Shown here piece after piece: positions 1-11,055 of a stretch of DNA of 64,000 nt. The notes beneath the pieces were generated by a model. That model had not been told where the DNA came from. It did no database searches and saw only the letters and a program-made list of their open reading frames with translations. The stretch's first letter is position 1; every line of letters begins with the position of its first letter. A program made the translations under genes and the position numbers. The stretch comes from Lepidodermella squamata (taxonomy: Eukaryota > Animalia > Gastrotricha): positions 4,898,001-4,962,000 of the forward strand of contig JBLDXI010000015.1 in NCBI GenBank assembly GCA_047495785.1, in the 5' to 3' direction.

Positions 1-2220
1 TTGCCTAGCGAGAACGAATCCGCTTTTCATTGACAGCTACACTGAAATACTGGGTGCCGTTCTTCGTCTTCAGCGGCTTGTGATCCTAGATCTTAATAGT
101 GGCAGCAAACACACAAGCGTCCCCGATTTCATAGCTGGTGCCGTTCAAGCTCATGAAGTCACGCGTCTTATCCCGGTGCCATCATTACTCAAAGCTCTTC
201 TTGAGCTTCCTGATGCAGCTGCAAAATTAGCGACTTTGCGACTAGTTGTCAGCAGTGGCGAGGCTTTACCTTCAGAATTGGCAAAATCCTTTTTTCGAAC
301 ACTTTCGTCGATTAAAGGAGGCCAGCCGCGCCTAGCGAATTTTTACGGTTCAACCGAAGTTACGGGCGATGTAACTGCGTCAATCTTCGCCAGCGAGGCT
401 GACGTAACAGCTCGCACTGTCGACGGTTTTCTGTCAATAGGTCGGCCGGTTCACAACACAACGGTTTACGTATTGGACGACGAATTCAACATGCTGCCTT
501 TCGGTGAAACTGGCAACATCTACGTATCTGGGGAGAACGTGTGCATCGGATTCGTAGGTGATTCTGGAAGTTACTCCGATCGGTTCCGTCGAAAGCCTGA
601 CTATATGAGCCATCTAGGCTGGGGCGATAGGTTGATCAGCATGGGCGACCTCGGTCGCATCGTTCCAGGTGGAGAATTGTGTACGTTGATGCGCGCTTTT
701 TATTAAGAAATATGTATAGTTTCCTACCTAGTTTATTGTGGTCGAAGCGACTCGATCGTGAAAATACGCGGAAATCGGGTATCGACAATTAGCGTAGAGA
801 ATGCTCTCAAAACGATTCTTCATACGATAATGCGCGAAAAACCGCCGGCAGCCAAGTTTACACCCCATTGCCGCGTTATTGCTGTCGAAAGCAAATCAAA
901 TGCTACATGTCGGCTGGCTGGCTTCTACGAAACCTGGCCTGAGGCGGCAGTTTGTCTTCGTCCAGATAACATTCGAAACCGATTATCACGGTTCCTGGCA
1001 TCTTACGCTGTGCCTGAATTGCTATTTCCGATTGAGCTTGGCAAGTTCCCCATTCAACCAGCTACAGGCAAGACTGACCAGCGAGCTCTAAAAGCAATGG
1101 CGGCAGAACAAAGTAACGAAGCTTTGATTGAAGATTCAGATCTTGCGCTACTCAAGGCGAACAACGACGATCTACAATCATCGTTGGAAATTGTCCGCGC
1201 TGTTGCTGCACATACCCTAGCTGTGCCGGTCAGGAAGGTCGTTATGGAAGCGACATTCTTCAATCAAGGCGGCAATTCGCTGTCTGTAATTCGGGCTGTA
1301 ATTGCGCTGAAGAAAATCGGCTTCGAGAACGCTACTGCCGACATGCTTCTTTCGCGTAACAACACGTTGGCGGATGTTGCAAAACTTTTAATTGCGAAGC
1401 ATCAAGTCAAACAAGAAGAATGGGCGAAACCAGACTGGCTGGACCTTGTAAGCATCCAGGACCTGACAGAGAGTCAAACGAACCAGGTGAAAGAAGGGCT
1501 GGTGCATGCCTTTATCTCTAATGAGCCGCTGGCTGTTTATTTTCATGTTGACAAAGAAGGTAATTTCAATTTTTTATCTTTTATTTTGTTCTCACTCGCA
1601 TTTTGCATGCTTCAAGTTCTTATGCGACATGTTAACGCTACGTGGCGTATATGCGTTGAATCCGGTGAACTTTCATTCGCTGCAATCGACCTCCGATTGT
1701 CTGGAGATGCCGCTGTAATTGGATGCAATTTGAACGCCGATTTAACTGTAGAGGACAGTATTGATAACTGGAAGGGAATTGAGCCTATTTGTTGCATCTT
1801 GGGAGAAACAGATAAGCCTGCATTCGACAAAATAACAAGATTATTCGCAGTCGATGGCGCAATTCCCAAGGGAGTGGTAGTGAACAACCGAATGCTTTAT
1901 GTTGACTCGAAATGTTCCTCTCATGATGCCTCGGAGGTTTTTTCCGGATTGGAGCACGAGCTGATTAAAAGGAGCCGTAAACAAGGTTACAAAATGATCA
2001 CAGCCGTCAACACTACCGCAGCAACCCAGGTAAAAGTAGTGCCCAGACTGAAATTATTCCTTAATGCCTCGTATTTTCGCAGGTGATGGAACGCGATATT
2101 CTTGGTTACGTGGATGAGAACCAGTTGTACCCTAAGCAATTTCAAACCCCCGATGGCAAGTTCCCGTTCAGCGATGCTCCAGATGACTATGCACTACATT
2201 CCATGTCCTTGCTGCTGTAA
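1..2220 (+). CDS. e: Ebony-like NRPS (beta-alanyl-biogenic-amine synthetase; A-T-C-terminal amine-selecting domain), 5' end outside window
   Basis: A-domain motifs SSGEAL, NFYGSTE, MGDLG, YCGRSDSIVKIRGNRV; carrier motif FFNQGGNSL; C-terminal exon ...PDGKFPFSDAPDDY.. resembles the ebony C-terminus. GT-AG introns 681-731, 1560-1616, 2030-2082; stop at 2218-2220. Confidence 0.9.
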
Positions 2221-2466
2221 AATGCCAGATTCTAACAAAAATTTATCTTTGTTATCATAATTTACTATAATTTATCTGATGCTATCCATTTCTTTATTCT
2301 CAGCCCGCCACGTTTTACGCTTGTTTCTAAAATAGTTATTCGAAGCAAAAAATGGTTTTTATTGCGTCAGGTAAAGTGAAATTGTCAACAACTGTGCATC
2401 ACGATGAATCACAAAAACCGACTTGAGCAAGGTGTTATAATGGCTAATATAGTAAAACAAGCGAGA

Positions 2467-3660
2467 TCAATGCGACGAGTTACTGAAAGAAGTTGAAGTT
2501 TGAACAGCGGCAAGATGACGCCTCAACCGAACCAGGCCATCGTCCGCACTCTGAAGCGCCGAGTAGAATTCCGAATGGGTTGAGGTAGATAAAGGGGCGG
2601 AAGACGTTGCAACGGGGTCACAATGGCAATCAACCGAGGGCGTAGTTTTCGAGCTGACAAGTGTCGAAGTCGGCGCCAAATCTTCTTTAGACGGCGACTC
2701 AGATTCGGCCAATAAACCAGATGTAACAGGCAGTAAAAGATGCCGTAAATTCGGGTATTTTGCCAAAGGCGACGATTTACCAGCCACGGCGGGAGGGGCT
2801 GGTTTCGGGGTCGTCACTACTGGTTCAACCACAGCTGGTTGCCTCAAGCTGAGTGGCAATGAATTTGAATCAGCGGACCTTCGCGAAGATGTCGAATAAG
2901 CGGCTTGCTGCCTCTTCAGCAATGCGTTTTCAGCTCGAAGTTCGACCAGCTCACGATCCGCCTCGGCCGCAGCCATTCGAAGTTCTCGAACCTTTTCCAA
3001 CAACAGCGCCAATTCGTTCGCAACATTTGTTGAACCAGTCGAGTTGAGCTTCGATAACCGATCGCCGCCGACAGGGCTACTCGTGCCTATCGGCCGAATT
3101 CTGCCGTTGGCGCTGTGCCGTTGACGACCGGCTTGTTGCTGATTCGACGAGTCACGTTCTGCGATCAAAAATTCACTTTGCGGCAGGTTTCGAATGCATT
3201 CGACTAGCGAGTGCAGGGAGGCTGCGGACATTTCAACAGCTTCACATGCGACCTGAACCTTTTCCGAGGCGTTCAGGCAGCAGTTCAAATCAGGCATTTT
3301 GTGCCGGTTCAGTCCGTGGGAGGTCGCGAGGGACCAATGAAATGCGTTACTGTTAGATGGTGTAACAGTCGCGATCACGTTTTGAAGGCCTCTCGAAGAT
3401 TTCGCCGCATTATCCCCCGTTTGAGTCATCGCATTGTTGTACGTGGCTGTAACCGCTTTCCGCCGTGGTTGCTCATCTGGCAAAACAAAATTGAATAGAT
3501 ATATATAGCTATAAGAGAGAAGAGTGGTTACCCTGGCGATGTTGATGACTGCGGCTGCAGGTATTCGATTTCGTTGTTTTTTCAGCTGGGCATGGCGCTT
3601 TCGACGCGACAGCTCGGCGTTGCTGCACAGGCAACACCATTCAAACTCACATAAAACCTT
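2467..3660 (-). CDS. Uncharacterised Ser/Pro-rich coiled-coil protein
   Basis: 338-codon ORF 2467-3483 with heptad stretch ELALLLEKVRELRMAAAEADRELVELRAENALLKRQ; GT-AG intron 3477-3531 joins an in-frame upstream exon; true start unresolved. Confidence 0.55.
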   Translation of the reverse strand, partial: KVLCEFEWCCLCSNAELSRRKRHAQLKKQRNRIPAAAVINIARVTTLLSYSYIYLFNFVLPDEQPRRKAVTATYNNAMTQTGDNAAKSSRGLQNVIATVTPSNSNAFHWSLATSHGLNRHKMPDLNCCLNASEKVQVACEAVEMSAASLHSLVECIRNLPQSEFLIAERDSSNQQQAGRQRHSANGRIRPIGTSSPVGGDRLSKLNSTGSTNVANELALLLEKVRELRMAAAEADRELVELRAENALLKRQQAAYSTSSRRSADSNSLPLSLRQPAVVEPVVTTPKPAPPAVAGKSSPLAKYPNLRHLLLPVTSGLLAESESPSKEDLAPTSTLVSSKTTPSVDCHCDPVATSSAPLSTSTHSEFYSALQSADDGLVRLRRHLAAVQTSTSFSNSSH

Positions 3661-3994
3661 CTATTAATACGAAAAATCAAACTATATCGTTTTATTGTCA
3701 ATGTTCAAAACACAGTTGATGACTATTATAGTGCCCGAATTTTTATTCGTAAATTTTAGCACGTTGAGCAATGCCAGAAGTATCAGGACACAAATCATTG
3801 CTAGTGTTTTAAAGAAAAAGAGAACGAACAAGTAACCGGTTCTCAGCGTCGCTAACTGAAAGGCTGATTCGATAGAACACGGAAAGAATAACAATGCATC
3901 TGATAATTTTTTTAAATCGCCATCGTTTTCGTCACTGTGAATCAATTATATTTAAAAATTGGTGCAACTATGTATTTTTACTTCTTTTTTTTCG

Positions 3995-6900
3995 TTAATT
4001 TTCGCCAGTGGATTGAGTCCAGAACTGCAGTAAATGATCCACCTCGGCCTGGCTCCGCCCCAAGCTGTCCGCAACCGCCTTTGTGATAGCTGGTAACGGC
4101 TGGCCACCACGAGTGACCAGCTTAATCGCCGTGGCCATAGTCACCTGGGCGAATGCCGGCGACTGGGAGCCGCTGAAACAGCCGGTGACGGCGAAGGCTC
4201 GCAGCAGCAGCCACGCCAGCATGTCTCCATCACCGGAAATCGCCCAGCCGTCGTCGCCAATCGACCCGCTGTCGGCTGCACTCTGCTGGACGGCGGCAAC
4301 AGCACGTAATAAATGGTTGACCACAGATTCCATGTCGGTTTTAGAATAAACCAACAGCAGGTCGTATGCTGCCGCGTCCATGCCACGCGCATTTTTAGGT
4401 GGCAACGCATTGGGCGCGTAATTCTCAGGGTACTGGCTTTGAAACATGTCGTATTCACGAATGGCGTCGGCTAGCGGAACTGACGGCAGGGCGGAGGCGC
4501 CGTATCGCAACTGAGCAGCCAACCCATTTCTCCACCCGAATTTATTCGACGAGTCCTTGCCGAATAGCTGAATCGACAGGGGTCTCGTGTCAACACCGGG
4601 TACGGGCGCACAGTCCATGTATGGGCAATTCGCGGCTAGGGCAATGAGGTGCGCATTTGCCGGATCAGCGGCTAAAAATCTGCGCAAGACGCCGGCCTGG
4701 TCCCAGGTTGACAATTGTTGCTGCAGCAGGGACAGACTAGCCGGGTTTCCGTCAGCCTGGGCCAAAATCAGGGCTAAACGCGGCGAAGTTGCCGCGATTG
4801 TTCGGAGCGCATCAGTTCTACGGCCGAACAATAACTCCGGGCTTATCTGGCTGGATCTAGATTTCGGGTATTGGCCCAGCCAGTCGAGCAACTTGCGTTT
4901 GGCCGATTCATTGTCCCAGGATTTCGACTTTGATTCAGACCAAAGCGCGGCGCACAGGGTGAACAACTTGTGCGCGCAAGCTACAAATGGTATATTAGCA
5001 CTGTCTGCCGAGCAGCACTCGGCAAGGGCAGCAAATATCCCGGTTGAGGAACCCTCGTGCGAGTTGATCACGTCGATGCAACGTGAAATGAAACGATTCA
5101 GCGCAGTTTCAGAACTGCGATCCGGCTCGGGCGACAACGCGGTCACGTGAACGAAGAAGTTGCCCTTCGCGTCTCTTGGCGAGACAATCAGCAATTTGGC
5201 ATCTGTTGAGCCCGGTACGAACGAACAACGCCGGCCCCGGACGTAATAATGGTCTCGAGCTACATTTTCCAATGACACGACTCCGGTCGACTTTCGGGCG
5301 GCTGCGAAGGCCTGAAGCCCGGGAGGCGGGGCGACTGACTCGGTAACTGGCCACTGGACTCGGCGGACTCGCTTACAGCTAGGGCCCTTCGCTTCGCTCG
5401 GCGCTGGCGTTGTCGTTTTCACATGCCTTTCGAGAGTATGCTGCTTCGACAACGCCGCGTCGGCCGAAACGACGACCCCGCCGCCTAGCTGCCGCTCGGT
5501 TTTCGACTGCAAACGTTCGATCCGCTCCAAGAACATCTGAACATCAGCCCCTGTGTTATTCTCAACCATTTCGTCCGGGTCGGCAATAAATGTCCGCCTT
5601 AAAAACGGAGTTTCCGACGGCGTAGCAGCAGCAGCAGCAGCCGATGGGAACTTGGCCTGGGCGGCGGTGAAAGTCGTGTTAACACGATCGAATTTCATCG
5701 CTGTCTGCTGCTGCATCTGCTGCTGCTGATGCTGCACATAGCTATCAGAATCACCCACGACTGCCCCATCGGTCGGCAACAGGCCATATCGGGTGAAATG
5801 AGGCACTTTGATAATCCAAGCCCCGGTATCGGCTCGGTAGTCGATGAATTTAGCACCGAGGCGGCCCGAAATTTCTCGAAGGTAGTCTTTATAACGGCTC
5901 AACGCCTCCGGGGCGCGTGTTGGCGATCGAGTCGCTTTATCCTCCGGGTAAATGCCCTCAAGAGTGAGGGTTGATGGACGGTTGAGACCCTGCCCGACAG
6001 GTGGCTTGATCGTTTCATCAGGGTAGACCACAATTTCACCTCTTTCGATTTCAACTATAAGAAGACGTTTGAATAATTCATTTAAAATCAGCATTAAGAC
6101 TAACTTAGTTGATCTAGATTCAACCCGGTCAGGTTGACACGGCCGTGAAAGACGACGGTGCCAAACCCGGTGCGGCTAACTTCGAACTCATCTGCGAACC
6201 ATTCGACGGCGTCTTCACTGTTTTCGTTGATAGTCGGCTGTAAATCTGCGATTTTCGGCACCGAAGTGTAGCCCGGGCGCTGTAATATCGGCCGCGTTTG
6301 GTGCAAATGCTGCTGGCGCCGTTGCACCGACGACCGAAGGCGGCTCTCAGGGCTGGGCGGAGCTGGTTGTTCGTCAACAAAATCGTCCTGCCACGCGCCA
6401 CCGTCCTGGTTGCTAGCATTCGAAGTATTCGAAGCCGGGGTCTGATGTTCTTCGATTTTAATCAACGGGACGTGCCGATCCGATCGACCACGTGGCGTAA
6501 CCATATTTGCGGTCGGGCGCGGGTTCAGCGGCGTTGAAGACGGCAACTGCATGGAACGGGTGCCCGTCGATTGAATGCGATCTACAAAAGAAGTGTCACC
6601 GACTTCCGGCCGAACAACCGAAATATCGGCACCGAGCAAGCCATGTTCAGCGGTAAGACCTACTCCGCGAGCAGTGGCCGGATTATGCATAGTCACATCG
6701 GGTACGCGGCCTCCTTCTCCAACCTTGTATCAAAAAATCACGTCATTTTTCAAGTTTTATTCACACATCAAATGTAAAGCAATGCGTAATGCTTAGCAAG
6801 CTGGCACATACTAATCCCATACCCATCCTGGCTCAATGATGGAATAGCTGTTCTGGAGGGTGAGTGGGTTATTACACTACATATTAAAATTGAAAAGCTT

Positions 6901-9313
6901 GGATAAATGAAGGATTTTTAAATAAAAATAGCAAGTGGAAATGTATAATGATCAGTAATTATTGGGTATTTTGTCGTATTATTCTGCGTGTGAATGTGAA
7001 AATGTTTAGGCGTTTGCCAAATTTTCACTCACATTTCGGGTCTGGTCGTAACCATCCTCCGTTCCGCTCATATCGACGGCTGAATTATCCATCTGCAGTA
7101 AACAAGAAGAAGAATAAAATTGAACTCGGAAATTCAAGTGTACTTACAGTCATTGAAAATCGTTTAGGAATCAGTTGGCGAATTGAGTGACGCGGCGCCA
7201 ACGACAGGGGTGAAATAACAGACCGGGGCGACGGTCCCTGTTCGACACCCATTTTATTAGGTGACCAACGCGCCGCTCCAGGTACATTTGAAGTGTTGGA
7301 CTGACCGCCATTCCAGCTCAAACCCAGCCGGGAAGCGGTTCCAGTTCCGCTGCCGAAACGCGGCTTCAACTCGAATAAGCCTCCGCCGCTGTGAGGCCTG
7401 GCAGTCATAGTAGTTGACGGTAAGGAGCTAGCAACTGCCAGATTCGAGCGCAAACTTCCGAGCCCGTCGTTTGAAGGCAGCATCGAACGGAAAGAAGACG
7501 ACGATGCTCCCAACTGAATGCCGCTGTCGATGCGCGAAGAGGCACCGGCAGATGAACCTGACGAATTGTCGGAAGGCCCGGCAACAGGTTCCCGGTAAAG
7601 CACTGAATAAGCCGGTTGGCATCGAGCGAGAGAAAGCAGCTTTTGATGAACCAAAGCTTGCATCATAGCCGTAGCGGCTGTCTCCACATTTGTAGACAGG
7701 GAAGCTGCAGGGTTGCCGAAACTTGGAGCTGCCTGTCCCATCGTACCCGCATTCGGGAAGGAGAACATCCCGCCGCTTTGCTGCGGTTGGGATGCTCCAA
7801 ATGCCGAAACTTGACCCGGCGCGCCAAATGATAGCGGCTGAGTTGCCGCTGTTGGCTGTGCGGTGGGTTGACCGAACGGGGCTGTCGAGGTGCCGCCAAA
7901 AGAAAACGGAGCAGTCGTTGCAGTATTACTGGGAGCCGGGGCGCCGAATAGCCCACCGGCAGATGGAGCAGTGCTAGTTGCAGTGTTGAAGAGACCACCG
8001 GGCTGTGCGCCAGGTTGGCCGAAAGTCGATGTAGTCGTCGTCCCCCCAAAGCCAAACGGAGTAGATGTAGCAGGTTTGGCGCCGAAAAGTCCACCGGCTG
8101 GAGCTGTGCTGGTCGCGGTGCCGAACAAAGAAGTTGTTGTGGCTGTAGTTGCTGCTGGAGCTGTCATTGTCCCAAACCCACCGAATGTGGACGTCGCCGT
8201 TGTGCCGAAAGGAGTAGCTGCAGCGGCAGGTTTTGCGCCAAATAGTCCAGTCGTTTGAGGTTGGGCGGCAGGAGCGCCAAAGGAAAAAGCCGTATTGGGC
8301 GCGGAAGTTGTCGGTAGTGACAATGTTGGCTTAGCCGCAGTCGCCGCGCCAAAGGAAAACGGCGCTGCAGTGCCAGTAGGGGCAGTCGAAGCCGCCGGAG
8401 TTGCCGAGCCGAAAAGGCCTCCACCAGCAGGAGCAGCCGGAGTTTGACCAAACGTGAAGCCAGTGGTCGGAGCGGCCGCAGGAGCGGGAGTGCTACCGAA
8501 CAGAGAAGTCTGAGTGGTAGGTGCGCCTGGCGTCGGAGCGCCGAACAACCCACCGGCTGGTTTTGGCGCATTCGCCGCAGTCGATCCAAATAACCCGCCG
8601 GTTGCCGCAGGAGCCGACGTGACACTACCGGGGGCTGCAGCTCGACGGTTAGCCATATAGTCCTCGAGACGCAGCTCTTCCAAACTTTTGCCCTCGTACT
8701 CTTTCATCGAAGTGATCACCATGTGTTTCGTGGTTACCGTCGTTGATAGCGCGCCCTTTTGCGCAGTATCAGTTGCCTGCATTGGAGCAAATTTTATCGT
8801 GGTACCCGAGACTGGCTGTTGGGCTGGCTGAGCGGCTCCAAACGCACCACCAAACAGAGACATTCCGCTTGTAGACGGAGCGTTAGTTGTGGCGGCAGGT
8901 GCTGGTTGGCCAAAAAGTGAAGTTTGAGCCGGTTGGCTGGTTGCAGCTCCAAATGGCGCGACACTAGTTGCAGGGGTGCCAAACAATGAAGTTGAAGCTG
9001 AAGTCGACGGGGTTGCGCCGAAAGAAAATGCCGGCGGTTTAGCTGCAGTGCCGAATCCTCCAGCAGTTGACGTGGCAGTTCCAAAACCACCGAATAGTCC
9101 GCCAGTTGCTTGAGTAGTCGCAGGTTGGGGCGCGGCTGGTTGACCGAATAGCGACGTTCCACCGAATGGCTGTGGTGCTGCTGGCTGAGCGGTTGTAGCG
9201 CCGAAAATTGATGTTGCCTGAGTGGTCGCGGGCTGACCAAATAATCCACCGCTTGCCGTGGCAGCAGGCTGCGACGCAGCCGGGGCGCCGAAGGTGAATC
9301 CTCCGCCGAACAT
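3995..9313 (-). CDS. NUP98: Nup98-Nup96 nucleoporin precursor
   Basis: ATG at 9313; many GLFG/SLFG/FG repeats; GLEBS motif TKHMVITSMKEYEGKSLEELRLEDY; autoproteolytic domain (VVYPDE..KPPVGQGLN..GAWIIKVPHFTRYGL) then Nup96-like region. Introns 7093-7147, 6877-7032, 6724-6822, 6055-6104. Confidence 0.95.
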
Positions 9314-9449
9314 ATTTAACAAAATCTAGATGAAAAAATGAACAATCTGATAAGGAAAATTCGCTGAGTAAGGCAATGTATATCCGAATGCAGCAATACT
9401 AACAATGAATTGAATACAAAATATTGTGCACAATTGTGAAAGGGCTTTT

Positions 9450-10613
9450 TCATGAACTCTGATGTGCCAGTTTAAGCTGTTCAATCTCAATTTTGAGCAA
9501 TGAATTTTCGTGCTTCAATTTAGCGAGTTCCAATCGCACCCATTGCAGTTCTTTCATTACAACATCGTTAGATAGATTTGCGGAGCTGTGAGATTCAGTT
9601 TTAGCTTGTTTTGCGCGACTTTCAGATTCGGAAAACCCTTCGAATTCACGCTTCCCTGAAACGGAGAAGAGTTGTAATTGAGGTTTCCCGCCTCTAGCAA
9701 CGTTTAATTCCGCGACGGAAGACGATAAAGTAAACGCTGGATTTTCATGTTTGCTATCAAATGGTTCCAACCATGGTGTCTGAGTTGTATTTGAGCCAAC
9801 GACAGGTATGAAAAACTTTTTTGTGGCTGATGACGGCGAAGTAGAAAATGGGTTCGATGTAATATCAAAAAATGGCCCTGGTTTTGGCACGAAAACTGGA
9901 CGATGATAGCGACTTGCCGAGTAATCATCGAATCTTATTTCTTCGAAACTTTTATCAGGAAGTGTTGAAGCATCGGGTCCATCCAAAATACTGATGCTTA
10001 CAATGCCATTATCATTTTCATTCTCATCAGTTTGCTGCCGTGGATTAGAGGTACCATTTTCCACGGTTTTACCAAATAAATTATCTGCTGAGGTTTTCTC
10101 CATGACATCCAGTGATTTGCAGTCGACACCATCTTGGTTCACTATACCTTCAGGCGGAATCTTCAGTGAGACCTTACCATCGGGTTGATCGACAGAACTA
10201 ATATGATTAGGCGGTGCAGAGGATGTAATCGGACTGGTTGCCAAACTTTTGGGTGGCACAAAAATAAAACCACTGGCGATAGAGACCGCTTGAGTTGACG
10301 AAGCAATACCGCGGCTGCCAGAATTGCAGTCCGAGTCCACGAGCGATGGTGGACGAGCAAATGAAAAAGCTAGCCCACTACTAATATCTAAAGAAACGCT
10401 GCTCCTGGCCCCCAAGAACGGCGCGTTATTTTTCATTGACAATGGAAGGTCATCGATGGATGATTTCGATTCCGATGAAGTATGAAATGGTTCGATGTCG
10501 TTAACTTTATTCGCATTGATTCCTTGCGATTCATTTGGTAGGGGTCCCAATGAAGACGGTACAACAGGCGATTGGGCACTGTTTAATTGCCAGAAAAATC
10601 CTCTCTCAGACAT
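9450..10613 (-). CDS. Intronless 387-aa Ser-rich protein with two GLEBS-like motifs and a C-terminal coiled coil
   Basis: Uninterrupted ATG-to-stop ORF; motifs DKSFEEIRFDDY and FSVSGKREFEGFSESESR resemble the GLEBS of the neighbouring Nup98; C-terminal heptads VMKELQWVRLELAKLKHENSLLKIEIEQLKL. Confidence 0.65.
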   Translation of the reverse strand: MSERGFFWQLNSAQSPVVPSSLGPLPNESQGINANKVNDIEPFHTSSESKSSIDDLPLSMKNNAPFLGARSSVSLDISSGLAFSFARPPSLVDSDCNSGSRGIASSTQAVSIASGFIFVPPKSLATSPITSSAPPNHISSVDQPDGKVSLKIPPEGIVNQDGVDCKSLDVMEKTSADNLFGKTVENGTSNPRQQTDENENDNGIVSISILDGPDASTLPDKSFEEIRFDDYSASRYHRPVFVPKPGPFFDITSNPFSTSPSSATKKFFIPVVGSNTTQTPWLEPFDSKHENPAFTLSSSVAELNVARGGKPQLQLFSVSGKREFEGFSESESRAKQAKTESHSSANLSNDVVMKELQWVRLELAKLKHENSLLKIEIEQLKLAHQSS

Positions 10614-11055
10614 ATATTGTACCTAGTTACAAAACAATAAAATACATTCCGAAATACATTCTGACATTACGCAAAATATTAATTGAATTGAGAAATGCCA
10701 GGCGCTTGAGGGTAAGACTTTTCATAAGAAGACTGAAGTAACAAGGTTCAAGGCGCAAGGGGAATTTTTTACAATCTCCAATTTATTTTGGAAGTGGGTT
10801 TGAGCTTTTTCAAGAATAAACGACTATTTCAAATGAGACCGAAGTTATTACATATCACTTATCACTTAATGTGTTTGGTTACTGACAACATAAACGAATT
10901 AAACCAATCACCAATTCCGCTAGGTACTTGTTAACTACTCAATTGGACAAAAACAGCCACCAGCGGCAACGCATCGCATCAACGAATAGCACAGAACGTA
11001 AGCTCGTGATCAACGGTCAACGTCAGTCTCAGTTTCAGTTTCAGTTTTGAATCAT

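Noticed and set aside
1-2220. Horizontally acquired bacterial NRPS
   Set aside because: Spliceosomal introns and an ebony-type C-terminus indicate the animal family.
7400-9300. Numerous overlapping and antisense ORFs in the Nup98 FG region
   Set aside because: Shadow frames of GC-rich, low-complexity coding sequence.
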